Assembly (NCBI GenBank): GCA_964016885.1
Contig: OZ024766.1
Location: 16,430,001-16,494,000 of the forward strand
Direction of reading: 5' to 3'
DNA length: 64,000 nucleotides
Source of the DNA: Eledone cirrhosa
Lineage: Eukaryota
The notes beneath the pieces were generated by a model that was not told the DNA's origin, made no database searches, and saw only the letters and a program-made list of their open reading frames with translations. The translations under genes and the position numbers were made by a program. Position 1 is the stretch's first letter, and each line of letters opens with the position of its first letter. Below, piece by piece: positions 12,909-26,137 of this stretch.

Positions 12909-13220
12909 ATATATATATATATATATATATATACAGAGAAAGAGAAGAGTAGACAAACAGACAATGACAAAGAAAAGGAATTAACCACCCCGGTATTTCA
13001 CTGGTATTTCATTTATTGACCTCAGAATATCGAAGCAACTTTACCTCAGTGGGATTTGTACTCTGAGGACTAGAACAGACACTGAAAATATATCAAGATG
13101 TGCACACATGTATATAAGAACACATATAAACATACACATACATATATACACACACACATATACACAAATACAGATAATCATTTTCATGGACAGAAACTTC
13201 TACACACTGACATATACACT

Positions 13221-13249
<29 letters not shown>

Positions 13250-13252
<3 letters not shown>

Positions 13253-13372
13253 GGAAAATGTTTAACCCCGATGGCAGAGCTCAAGCCATTTCGACGGTTA
13301 TTTCTGGACTGTTTCCAGAAATAGCCGTCGAAACAGATTGAGCTCTGCCGTCGGGGTTAAACATTTTCCTAT
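13250..13372. repeat. 123-bp near-perfect hairpin (also 24831-24953, 34118-34240, 41257-41379, 47953-48075, 62822-62944)
   Basis: ataggaaaatgtttaaccccgacggcagagctcaa-N4-tttcgacggttatttctgga ctgtt tccagaaatagccgtcgaaa-N4-ttgagctctgccgtcggggttaaacattttcctat. Confidence 0.9.
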
Positions 13373-14252
13373 TACCCGCTCTACTACCCTAAGTATCGAG
13401 TACTCTGGTGCGTATATGGTCCATCTGGTTCTTTACCACACTTCCTTTGTCATATATATATAAAATTATAAGAAACGAAAGGAGCTGTGTGGTTACTGTA
13501 AACAAAGTTTGAGATGGTAATATGGATGAAAGGAGAGAAGAAACCCTTCATCAGCTGTAAACCGAGATCATAGATGTTTTGGCACATATATATATATACA
13601 GTGTTTGTAAATTCTGTACCATACAGATTTGTCAGCATAAGTCTTGGTCACAACTTCTACTAATAAAATGAAAGGAGAATAATTTCAGAACAAACAAGTT
13701 TTATTGAAAACATTAACAACATATGGTGGCACTATTTTGGGTGAGTGACATGGTTTTTATCTTGTCTGATTGTGTTTGTGTAGCATTAAGTAACCTTATG
13801 TTGGTACCACAACATTTAGAAAATGATTTACCACAGACATCACAGTGATATAGTTCCTCTCCTGTATATGTTAGTGTGTAGTGAAGCCACAATATTTAGA
13901 GAATGATTTACTGCAGATATTACTGTGATATGGTTCCTTTTCTGTAAATGTTAGTGCTGAGTGAAGTGACTTATTTCAGAGAATGATTTACTGCAGATAT
14001 CACAGTGATATGGTTTCTCTCCTGTATGTATATGTTTGTGTCTAGTTAAGCTAGCTTTTATAGATAACAATTTCCCACAGATATCACAGTGATATGGCTT
14101 TTCTTCAGTAGATATTTATGTTTGTATGTAGTTAATGTAGCAATACAAGAGAATAATTTCTCCACAATATCACGGTGGTATAGCTTCTCACTCATATGAA
14201 TGTATTTGTGTCAAATTAATTTACAATTTTGAGACAATGAGATATGACTTTG

Positions 14253-15605
14253 TTATGGTTTCTTACCTGTATGGGTAAATTTGTGTTTAGTTAAACTACT
14301 TAATTGAGAGAATGATTTACCACAAATATCACAGTGATATGGCTTCTCACCTGTATGGGTACGTATGTGGCTAGTTAAGCTACCACTTTCAGAGAATGAT
14401 TTACCACAGGTATCACAGTGATATGGCTTCTCTCCTGTATGTATATGTTTGTGCCTAGTTAAGGCAGGACTTTGAGAGAATGTTTTACCACAGATATCAC
14501 AGTGATATGGCTTCTCTCCTGTATGGGTACGTTTGTGGCTAGTTAAGCTACCACTATCAGAGAATGATATACCACAGATATCACAGTGATATGGCTTGTC
14601 TCCAGTATGTGTACGCTTGTGTCTAGTTAAGGTACCACTTTCAGAGAATGATTTACCACAGATATCACAGTGATATGGCTTGTCTACTGTATGTACACGT
14701 TTGTGTCTAGTTAATTTACTATTAACAAAGAATGATTTACCACAGTGATATGGCTTCTCTACTGTATGTATGCATTTGTGTCTAGTTAAGTGACCACTTT
14801 GAGAGAATGATTTACCACAGATATCACAGTGATATGGCTTGTCACCTGTATGGGTACGTTCGTGTCTAGTTAATATAATACTTAGAGAGAATGATTTACC
14901 ACAGATATCACAGGGATATGGTTTGTCACCTGTATGTGTACGTTTGTGTCTAGTTAAGGTACCACTTTCAGAAAATGATTTACCACAGATATCACAGTGA
15001 TATGGCTTGTCTACTGTATGTATACGTTTGTGTCTAGTTAATTTACTATTAACAAAGAATGATTTACCACAGATATCACAGTGATATGGCTTGTCTCCTG
15101 TATGGGTACGTATGTGACAAGTTAATATACTACTTAGAGAGAATGATTTACCACAGACATCACAGTGATATGGTTTGTCACCTGTATGTATACGCATGTG
15201 GCTAGTTAAATTACTACTTTGAGAGAATGATTTACCACAGATATCACAGTGGTATGGCTTCTCTCCTGTATGTGTACGTTTGTGGCTTGTTAAATTACCA
15301 TTAACAAAGAATGATTTACCACAGATATCACAGTGATATGGCTTCTCTACTGTATGTATACGTTTGTGTCTAGTTAAGGTACCACTTTCAGAGAATGATT
15401 TACCACAGATATCACAGTTATATGGCTTCTCTCCTGAATGGGTACGTTTGTGACTAGTTAATTTACTCCTAACAGAGAATGATTTACCACAGACATCACA
15501 GTGATATGGCTTCTCTCCTCTATCCTTTGACATCTCTTCTGTAATAGCCATATCTTTAGACATTGTTTCACATTTAATCTTCTTTTCACTCAATATATTT
15601 TCCAT
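14253..15605 (-). CDS. C2H2 zinc-finger protein, paralog 2 (15 finger units, one broken by a 9-bp in-frame deletion, YHCGKSF)
   Basis: 450-aa ORF with the same leader and terminal finger as paralog 1. Confidence 0.95.
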   Translation of the reverse strand: MENILSEKKIKCETMSKDMAITEEMSKDRGEKPYHCDVCGKSFSVRSKLTSHKRTHSGEKPYNCDICGKSFSESGTLTRHKRIHTVEKPYHCDICGKSFFVNGNLTSHKRTHTGEKPYHCDICGKSFSQSSNLTSHMRIHTGDKPYHCDVCGKSFSLSSILTCHIRTHTGDKPYHCDICGKSFFVNSKLTRHKRIHTVDKPYHCDICGKSFSESGTLTRHKRTHTGDKPYPCDICGKSFSLSIILTRHERTHTGDKPYHCDICGKSFSQSGHLTRHKCIHTVEKPYHCGKSFFVNSKLTRHKRVHTVDKPYHCDICGKSFSESGTLTRHKRTHTGDKPYHCDICGISFSDSGSLTSHKRTHTGEKPYHCDICGKTFSQSPALTRHKHIHTGEKPYHCDTCGKSFSESGSLTSHIRTHTGEKPYHCDICGKSFSQLSSLTKHKFTHTGKKP

Positions 15606-17329
15606 AATAATTCTTCTTCCCTTGGCAGAATTTACAGATGTTATTCTTTAATATTTTTCATATCATATTCCTAAAAAATATTTCTTCTGTTATATTTCCC
15701 TCAATTATGATCTCAGTTAATACCTGAAGATGATGCAAACTTCTTTGTCATTGAAGTTGAGTTAAAATACAAAATATACCTCTCATATATATACCACACA
15801 GTGAAGAAAAGGAAATTTTGTCTTTAAACTCAGTTCTGAGGAAATATATCACAGTAATTCTGATAGATTTATATAAACAGTGTTATATAAGTTCTGTTTA
15901 ACAAGTTTTAATCTTCAAATGATGATAAATAGAGGTGATGTATCCAAGATTGAAAATAATAATTTATCCTAATGTCATCTGATATTCTAAAATGAAAAAG
16001 AAACAGTATGAGATAATAGAGAATACTTAAGAAGCAGAGATAGATTTAACAGTGGAAATTTTACATCTATAAACCCTGGAAACTTTTTATTGAAAATTCA
16101 AATTATTTTAGTTTTTAATTAGTTACAAGAAATCTTTCTCCACACCTGCAACCATGAGTGCATCTGGGGTTCTTTTCTCTTCAGAGAGATGGATCCTCAT
16201 GAGGTGGAGAGAATACTTTGCTGATCTCCCAAACCCGATCACAACAGCATCTTCGGATGTACATGAGGTGAATCTGATAGCGGTGACTAATCTCTCGGAG
16301 GCTGGGGTCACAAGAGCAATTAAAGAGCTCAAATGTGACCGACTCATGTGTGTCAGATGGCCTGGGTCTCTGAAATGGCACTCAAACAAAGGCAATCGGG
16401 AGTGATAATCCCAATTTATAAAAAGGGACACACGAGAGATTGTTCCAAATAGAGAGGGATCACATTGTTAAGCCTCCCTGGTAAAGTATATGCTAAGTTT
16501 CTGGCAAAGTGATGTAGCGAGTCCGAGCTAGCTGATGGACAGTGCTGTTTTCTCCTTGGGTGCAACATAACCCACCAAATATTCACACTGTGGCAGGTCT
16601 TTGAGAAATCGTGGGAGTATTGCTAAGAGGTATATATTATCGTTTTATAGACCTTGAAAATGCATATGATCGCATTCTTCAGGACCTGCTGTGCATACAG
16701 GAGTTCCCATGGGCAGCCAGTCTTAAACATCTCTGTTATAGGCTGCAGGACGATAATAACTACGTGAGGGCTAAGAACAGAGCCCTGGTGGACACCAGAC
16801 TACACTCCAAATTCTTCACTATAATTGTTTCTATTTTAAACACAAGGCCAGCAATTACCCAGTACATTACTGGTACTTTAATTTATCGACCCCGTATGGA
16901 TGTAAAGCAAAGTTAACCTCAGCTGGATTTGAACTCAGATCATAAAGGGACGTAACTCTGTGCCTCAAAGCATGGTGTCCGACTCTCTACCGATACTGCC
17001 ACTTCACTATAATGAATGTAAATCCTGACATTGCTGACTGCTCTTCTATACGTGGCTTTATGATCCTCTATACAAGACATGTATCAGACGGTTATTCAGC
17101 TAGCTCTTTAGAGTATTAGAACCTTATTATGTACAGCCACCGAGATCCCACACCAACAGATGTCCCTTCACCATCAAAGCAGTTCCCTGAAATACAGATA
17201 CTCAACTCCTACTTGGCTGGCTAAATCAGACATAATTATAATGAAATGAAACCCACAATAAACTAATGTTCAACCATAAGTAGATGAAGATAATTAAATT
17301 GTAAGAGATTTAGACTAAAATAGACAAAA

Positions 17330-17765
17330 TATTAATTTACTTAAAGCAATAACAAGGTACAGCTAAATATAAAATATATTTTATAATGTACGGTAGTGAA
17401 CCACATAATTAAATAGACGGAGGTAATTTAAATAATAAATATATCTTTAACTTACTTAAAGCAATGACAAGGTACAGCTAAATATAAACTGTATTTTATA
17501 ATGTAAGGTAGCGAACAACTTAATTAAATAATAATTATATCTTTAATTTACTTAAAGCAATGACAAGGTACAGCTAAATATAAACTGTATTTTATAATGT
17601 AAGGTAGTGAACAAGATAATTAAATAGACGGAGGTAATTTAAATAATAAAGATATCTTTAGCTTACTTAAAACAATAACAAGGTACAGTTAAATATAAAC
17701 TATATTTTATAATGTAAGGTAGTGAACAAGATAATTAAATAGACGGAGGTAATTTAAATAATAAA
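17330..17765. repeat. 115-bp satellite, ~4 copies
   Basis: Same unit. Confidence 0.85.
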
Positions 17766-19130
17766 GACAGTCATGATAACAATATATTTTATATCACATG
17801 TAACAGTGGAATCTAGTTAATTACTGAATCGTTGTAAGGTTCACATAATTATATTATTTACACACATTAATATAGACATTAAGTAAATCTTTGTCAACTT
17901 ACCTCCTTCACATATAATCAATGTATTGTGTTGTTAGTTGTTACTAAACAACCAAAGAAATAATCTCTTTGTTATCAAATTAGAAATTTCAATGTTATCA
18001 GCTTTATTTCACATTAACGTTGGTGTATCTTCTTCATCTTTAGTCATAAATTGATATCTTGTCAGAATGAAGTAGTGAGGCTGACTTTATGTCTTTAGCT
18101 ACAGATTTGTTGGAAATATATATATATTAGGTTGATATGTGGTCTAAAATATATATATTGTCTATAAATGACTGAGAGCAGATGTTCTGGTGAAATAGTA
18201 GTTTTACTACTACAGATTGTAATGGAACTCTTAGTAGACACAATTGTAAAGTAAGAATATATATGACAGTGTAAGACTGATGTCGGGGAATTAAAATTGT
18301 GTGTGTGTATATATATATAATTGTTACACAAGATATAATTAGATTAATTAAAGTTATAACGAAGACAGCAGGTACTCGGTGTCTTAGCGAATGTTTCGAC
18401 TCTCGTACGGTGTCAAACGTGAAAAGTCCCTGACATAATTTAGTACCTTCACACACATTTCCAGTTGTATTTAATTCTATAGTGATGTGATTTATTAAAA
18501 AGAAATGTGATAATTGTTTCTACTTTTGGCACAAGGCCAGCAATTACCCTAGTGTATTACTGGTACTATATTTTATCGACCCTGTAATAATTGTTTCTAC
18601 ATTAGGCACAAGGCCAACAATACCCCAGTACATTACTGGTACTTTATTTTACCGACCCCGTAGGGATGAAAGGCAAAGCTAACCTCTGAGGGATTAACTT
18701 TGCTTTTCATCCTTATCTCTATACATATAGAAAATGGACAGAGTGTGTACTTCACTGAAACCGCTGCTCATCAGTTGACACCAGCACCACCTGACACTAC
18801 TCTAACTGCTTTTTTGAAACACTGCCAGAATAAAGAATTTGTTCGATCCCTCCTATATGCTGACATCCCAAAATACTACACCTGGACCAATTGTAAGACT
18901 TGGAATCAAAGGAAGCAGGGTCATTTAGTGGAAGGTGATGAAGTCAAGGCAAGTGATGCTATTGGGCATGTTTACAATGACCACCCCAACAACAGAGAGA
19001 GTTTTTATTTACAGCCACTTCTGCATATTGTTCAAGGACCAACGTCATTTGGGGATCTCAGGTGATTTGGTGGAAGAGTGCAGCACATACCGAGAAGCAT
19101 CTAAAGAACATCAAATCCTGCATGGCAATT

Positions 19131-20897
19131 GACATTGGAAGAAGCAGTCACAGGAGTAGCCAGTTAAATAAGACAGCCATGGATTCCTGTATGACAACTG
19201 ACATTGGAAGAAGAGACTAGAAGGAGCAGTCACAGGAGTAGCCAGTTAAATAAGACAGCCATGGACTCCTGTATGACAACTGACATTGGAAGAAGAGTCT
19301 AGAAGGAGCAGTCACTGGAGTAGCCAGTTAAATAAGACAGCCATGGACTTCTGTATGACAACTGAGATTGGAAGAAGAGACTAGAAGGAGCAGTCACTGG
19401 AGTAGCGAGTTAAATAAGACAGCCATGGACTCCTGTATGACAACTGACATTGGAAGAAGAGACTAGAAGGAGCAGTCACTGGAGTAGCCAGTTAAATAAG
19501 ACAGCCATGGACTTCTGTATGACAACTGACATTGGCAGAAGTGACTAGAAGGAGCAGTCACTGGAGTAGCCACTTAAATAAGACAGTCATGGACTCCTGT
19601 ATGACGACTAACATTCGAAGAAGGGACTAGAAGGAGCAGTCACAGGAGTAGCCAGCTAAATAAGACAGCCATGGACACCTGTATGACAACTGACATTGGA
19701 AGAAGGGACTAGAAGGAGCAGTCACTGGAATAGCCAGTTAAATAAGACAGCCATGGACTCCTGTATGACAACTGACATTGGAAAGAGAGACTAGAAGGAG
19801 CAGTCACTGGAGTAGCCAGTTAAATAAGACAGTCATGGACACCTGTATGACAACTAACATTGGAAGAAGGGACTAGAAGGAGCAGTCACTGGAGTAGCCA
19901 GTTAAATAAGACAGCCATGGACACCTGTATGACAACTAACATTGGAAGAAGGGACTAGAAGGAGCAGTCACTTGAGTAGCCAGTTAAATAAGACAGCCAT
20001 GGACTTCTGTATGACAACTGAGATTGGAAGAAGGGACTAGAAGGAGCAGTCACTGGAGTAGCCAGTTAAATAAGACAGCCATGGACTCCTGTATGACAAC
20101 TGACATTGGATGAAGAGACTAGAAGGAGCAGTCACTGGAGTAGCCAGTTAAATAAGACAGTCATGGACACCTGTATGACAACTAACATTGGAAGAAGGGA
20201 CTAGAAGGAGCAGTCACTGGAGTAGCCAGTTAAATAAGACAGCCATGGACTTCTGTATGACAACTGAGATTGGAAGAAGGGACTAGAAGGAGCAGTCACT
20301 GGAGTAGCCAGTTAAATAAGACAGCCATGGACTCCTGTATGACAACTGACATTGGATGAAGGGACTAGAAGGAGCAGTCACTGGAGTAGCCAGTTAAATA
20401 AGACAGCCATGGACTCCTGTATGACAACTGACATTGGAAGAAGAGACTAGAAGGAGCAGTCACTGGAGGGGCCAGTTAAATAAGACAGCCATCGACACAT
20501 GTATGACAACTGACATTGGAAGAAGGGACTAGAGGGAGCAGTCACAGGAGTGGCCAATTAAATAAGACAGCCATGGACGCCTGTATGACAACTGACATTG
20601 GAAGAAGGGACTAGAAGGAGCAGTCACTGGAGTAGCCAGTTAAATAAGACAGCCATGGACTCCTGTATGACAACTGACATTGGAATAAGAGACTAGAAGG
20701 AGCAGTCACTGGAGTGGCCAATTAAATAAGACAGCCATGGACACCTGTATGACAACTGACATTGGAAGAAGGGACTAGAAGGAGCAGTCACTGGGGTAGC
20801 CAGTTAAATAAGACAGCCATGGACACCTGTATGACAACTGACATTGGAAGAAGGGACTAGAAGGAGCAGTCACTGGAGCAGCCAGTTAAATAAGACA
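19131..20897. repeat. 82-bp minisatellite, ~21 copies
   Basis: Same unit. Confidence 0.95.
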
Positions 20898-21542
20898 GTT
20901 GTTTGCTACTATACTCACAGCATCTGGAATAAATCTCATCTACCCTGGCAGGAGTACAAAAACAATATATCAGACGACTATCTACATCTAGCCCAAAGAT
21001 GTTATAGCAATATTTATGTGGAATCTACCTCCAGGATTTACAATCAACCTCTGTGCAACCTGTCCCATTGAATTCCAGCAATGAATAGCAATGCAGGATG
21101 CCAGAGCCAGAAGAAATTGAGGTAATACGATCAGTTTTTCAGGAGACAAACCATGATATTGAAGTGTTGCGTAAGTTTGTGGATGAAAATAAACCTTGAC
21201 TGGTGGATGACCAGAAATATGCCTACCACAAGATTTTGAAAAACATTCAACATGACAACACCCAGCACTCACTGTAAATGAGGTTGGCGTTAGGAAGGGC
21301 ATCCATCTTTAGAAATCAAGCCACAATCAGTTCCCGTACCACCCTTGCAAGCAGGGAAAAAGCGGACGTGAAATGAAATGATGATGAATGATGATTTTTT
21401 CAATAGGGTCACTTTAACGAATCAAAAGATATATAACAGAAAAACAGGCACTAAAATATATTTTCCGTGCTATTTCAAACTTCACCTTTTCTCTATATAT
21501 AGAGAGAGAGCGAGAGGACAATTTGTCATGTCTTCATTACAT

Positions 21543-22127
21543 TTATTGAGCAGTGAAGCACGTTTTGCTATCGATCAGCTCAAGGTTTGATCTGTATTGA
21601 TCTAGCCTGACTCTGGAATTAAAAGCTTGTCAGACTTCTGTTGTGGTAATGTTACAATCCCTAGATATCATCATCATTGATTAATGTCTATCTTCCATGC
21701 TAGCATGGGTTGGACGGGTTTGTCGTATTTAGAAGCAAGTTAGGTCGGGTGACCGTGTCTCGCTCATATATATATATATATATATAGCAGGCGCTGCAAA
21801 AAAGATCCGGAAACTAACCATGCATCCCAGACATGGCTTCAAGTGACCCAGGCGGGCAGGTGCAGCAAACAAACGTTGCATACCTGACCCTGTGCGTATC
21901 GACAATGGTAGGGTTGTAACCATATCTTGTAACAGAGAAAAAAATTTTCTGGGAAAGACTGCCCTCACACCAGCTAGAGTTACCTCCCTTGACCTACTGC
22001 AACATCAAAACTCGCTTTTTTGCGAAGAATGAACTCTGACGTGAACTTATCTCTAAAAACACATTCTGGGCCATGTAAGGAACACTTTTTAGTTATTTAT
22101 ACCCTTGAGAAGCCCATCCAGGTGAAA
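21543..22127. other. 585-bp segment present only in cassette 2, flanked by the direct repeat ATTACAT
   Basis: Other cassettes read tcttcattacataggtg; here ATTACAT occurs at 21536-21542 and 22128-22134. Confidence 0.75.
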
Positions 22128-22203
22128 ATTACATAGGTGCTATTTTAAATAAACATCTTTTAACGGTCTGTTCTGCTATATTTTACTTTTCCACGTATAA
22201 ATA

Positions 22204-23840
22204 TCATCATCATCATCATCAACGTTTAACGTCCGTGTTCCACGCTTGCATGGGTTTGGACGGGGGTAGTCCCACTTGAGGCAAGAGTGATTGTCTTGCT
22301 CGCATAGGACTGTCTGGCAGGTTTTCTACAGTTGGATGCCCTTCCTAACACCAACCACATTTACAGTGTGGGTCTGGGAGGTTTTTACCGTGTTGCCTAC
22401 ACGGCCACATTACAGCGTGGACTGTGTGTTTTTTTGTCGTGACACCTACACGATCTCATTTGTTTCGGCCTCGATGGCGCGGCACCAACATAACTTTACA
22501 TAGAACGGGGTGGTGTGGATCGGGTGGGGGTGGTGGGACGGGGTGTATTTGTTAGAGATGCCTACTGGCTGGAGTAGGTTTTACTATATATTTAGGTAAG
22601 GCGGGTCTTCTCTGTTACTGAGTACCGCCAAAGGTCTCGGTCCAGTGACATTGTCTTGGAGAGGTGTAAGTGTGTGATGTCGGAGTTTATCAGCTCGTCC
22701 CAGGTTTTTCTAGGTCTGCCTATTCCGTGACTACCGTCTATCTTTATTGCCCTGCACTTTGTTATACAGCTATCGACTTTCATGCGCATCACGTGTCCAT
22801 ACCAACGTAGCCTTCTCTCGAGTAAACAACATCTGATCCCTCTTATCTCTAATTTATTCCTTAGTTCGTTTATGCTTTGCCGTTCACGTATATTACTGTT
22901 ACACATCCAGCGGAGCATGCAAGCTTCGTTCCTCTCTAGTCTGCGTATATCCTCTGCACACAATGCCCAGGTCTCACTGCCATGCAGCATTGCTGTTCGT
23001 ATGCAGGCATCGTACAACCTGCCTTTCATTTTTAGTGAGAACCCTTTAGCAGCTAATAGTGGTATAAGCTCTCTGAACTTTTTCCAACCAGTTCTGACTC
23101 TAGCTACAGTACTTTCAGAACACCCTCCCCCACTGCTGATTTTATCGCCCAGGTAACGGAAGCTGTCCACTATTTCTATAGAACCCTCTGCGCAATTGAA
23201 AGAGCTAGTAGTTTGTGGGCACTTGCTGCTACTTATTGCACCAGAGCACCGGCCACATGTAAAATCTATGTTCTTAGTTAGCCTACCTGTGATCCCACTA
23301 CATCTTTTATGCACCCATACTTTGCATTTAGGACATAAAATGGAGTTTCTACCTACGCCTTTCCTACACACCGAGCACGACCATTTCCCAGAAGGGACCG
23401 CCGCCTTGTTTTCTTTCCTACAAACTAGTACTTTGGTCTTAGCCAGGTTAATTTTAAGTCCTTTTGACTCTAGGCCGTGCTTCCATGTTTGGAATTTCTT
23501 CTCTAGCTCGGCCATTGATTCCGCTATGAGTGTCAGGTCGTCTGCGTATAGGAGTTCCCATGGGCAGCCTGTCTTGAACTCCTCTGTTATGGCCTGAAGG
23601 GCAATAATAAATAGTAGTGGACTGAGAACAGAGCCCTGATGGACGCCGACTTTTACGCTAAACTCTTCACTATATTCGTTGTTAATTCTAACCTTGCTGA
23701 CTGTTTCTTTATACATGGCTTGTATAGCCCTCACAAGCCATTCGTCAACGCCTAGTTTTCTAAGAGCCCACCAGATAATGGAGCGGGGGACTCTGTCGAA
23801 GGCTTTCTCCAAGTCGACAAAAGCTAAGTAGAGGGGTTTA
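22204..23840 (-). mobile_element. 5'-truncated RTE-clade LINE with (GAT)n tail, inserted in a (TA)n tract
   Basis: RT ORF plus 3' UTR ending gacgttaaacgttgatgatgatgat; absent at the equivalent site in other cassettes. Confidence 0.92.
22592..23839 (-). CDS. Partial RTE reverse transcriptase ORF with a Cys/His (PHD-like) insert; no genuine start codon
   Basis: FVDLEKAFD, GVHQGSVLSPLLF, YADD, FRYLG, RRLRWYGHVMR, GRPRKTW; CSVC..CPKC..H..C..CGRC. Confidence 0.85.
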   Translation of the reverse strand, partial: KPLYLAFVDLEKAFDRVPRSIIWWALRKLGVDEWLVRAIQAMYKETVSKVRINNEYSEEFSVKVGVHQGSVLSPLLFIIALQAITEEFKTGCPWELLYADDLTLIAESMAELEKKFQTWKHGLESKGLKINLAKTKVLVCRKENKAAVPSGKWSCSVCRKGVGRNSILCPKCKVWVHKRCSGITGRLTKNIDFTCGRCSGAISSSKCPQTTSSFNCAEGSIEIVDSFRYLGDKISSGGGCSESTVARVRTGWKKFRELIPLLAAKGFSLKMKGRLYDACIRTAMLHGSETWALCAEDIRRLERNEACMLRWMCNSNIRERQSINELRNKLEIRGIRCCLLERRLRWYGHVMRMKVDSCITKCRAIKIDGSHGIGRPRKTWDELINSDITHLHLSKTMSLDRDLWRYSVTEKTRLT

Positions 23841-24801
23841 AATATATATATATATATATATATATCAACTAGAAATTGATTGACATATAAATAAACATAT
23901 GAAACAATCACAGGGGATAATTTGTAAAAGTGTGTAAGCACACATAGCTAGGTAGGTAACTAAATAAAGTTTAACTAGAACTTCAAAAATAGATACCTTA
24001 GAAAATGATTAATCTTCCTTGTATATATTCCATTAAAGAAATAAAGAAATATATTTCACCAATTAATCGATTGGTAAACGACAGTAGCCAGATCTTGGAT
24101 TCTCAACAAGGAAGAAGTTCAACCATCTGTGTTTACGCATCAAGTTCAAATCAGCGACTGACCAGTAACACATGCTGTATCTACTAAAAATACACACATC
24201 ATACCAGCTTCATCCCAGTTGCGTGAATAGGGTTATTGACAACTAGAAACAGCAGTCAGGTCCTTTCAACAGAGTAGAGCTCTACAATTAAGAGGCCGTA
24301 TTTATATATATCCAAAATTAAGATAAATTAAAACAAAATTAATCTATATCAAATTATGGGTGTCATGCCAGAAAGACATGCGCCATATCACCCGTAAAAT
24401 AAGCACCATGGAGCTTATTTTATGGGTGATATGGCACCTGTCTTTCTGGCATGACACCCATAATTTGATTTACATTAATTTTATTTTAATTTATCTTAAT
24501 TTTGGATACATATATATAAATACAGAGAAAGAGAAGAGTAGACAAACAGACAATGACAAAGAAGAGGAATTAACCACCCCAGTATTTCACTGGTATTTCA
24601 TTTATTGGCCTCAAAATATCGAAGCAACTTTACCTCAGTGGGATTTGTACTCTGAAAACTAGAACAGACACTGAAAATATATCAAGATGTGCACACATGT
24701 ATATAAGAACACATATAAACATACATATACACACACATATATACACAAATAAAGATAATCATTTTCATGGACAGAAATTTCTACACACTGACATATACAC
24801 T

Positions 24802-24833
<32 letters not shown>

Positions 24834-25499
24834 GGAAAATGTTTAACCCCGACGGCAGAGCTCAAGCCATTTCGACGGTTATGTCTGGACTGTTTCCAGA
24901 AATAGCCGTCGAAACGGATTGAGCTCTGCCGTCGGGGTTAAACATTTTCCTATTACCCGCTCTACTACCCTAAGTATTGAGTACTCTGGTGCGTATATGG
25001 TCCATCTGGTTCTTTACCACACCTCTTTTGTTATATATATATAAAATTATAAAAAACGAAAGGAGCTGTGTGGTTACTGTAAACAAAGTCTAAGATGGTA
25101 ATATGGATGAAAGGAGAGAAGAAACCCTTCATCAGCTGTAAACCGAGATCATAGATGTTTTGGCACATATATATATATACAGTGTTTGTAAATTCTGTAC
25201 CATACAGATTTGTCAGCATAAGTCTTGGTTACAACTTCTACAAATAAAATGAAAGGAGAATAATTTCAGAACAAAAACGTTTTATTCAAAACATTAACAT
25301 TGATGGCACTATTTTCGGTGAGTGACATGGTTTTTATCTTGTCTGATTGTGTTTGTGTAACATTAAGTAACCTTATGTTGGTACCACAACATTTAGAAAA
25401 TGATTTACCACAGACAACACAGTGATATGGTTCCTCTCCTATATATGTTAGTGTGTAGTAAAGCCACAACATTTAGAGAAGGATTTACCACAGACATTA

Positions 25500-25709
<210 letters not shown>

Positions 25710-26137
25710 TTAGAGAGGGATTTACCACAGTGATATGGTTCCTCTCCTGTATATGTTAGTGTGTAGGGAAGCCACAACATTTAGAGAATGATTTACCACA
25801 GACATCACAGTGATAAGGTTCCTCTCCTGTATATGTTAGTGTGTAGTGAAGCCACAACATATAGAGAATGATTTACTGCAGATATCACAGTGATATGGTT
25901 TCTCTCCTGTATGTATATGTTTGTGTCTAGTTAAGCTAGCTTTTATAGATAACAATTTCACAGATATCACAGTAATATGGCTTTTCTCCAGTATATATTT
26001 ATGTTTGTATGTAGAGTTAATGTAGCAATACAAGAGAATAATTTCTCCACAATATCACAGTGGTATGGCTTCTCACTCATATGAATGTATTTGTGTCTAA
26101 TTAATTTACAATTTTGAGACAATGAGATATGACTTTG

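Noticed and set aside
13093-13638. Ile/Tyr/His-rich ORFs near TA and CA microsatellites (also ~4891-5210 and equivalents)
   Set aside because: Low-complexity translations of microsatellites, with frames not conserved between cassettes.
23840-23941. N-terminus MLTHFYK..IYIYIF of the 449-aa RT ORF
   Set aside because: Read-through from flanking cassette DNA and the TA tract; the LINE is 5'-truncated at KPLY.
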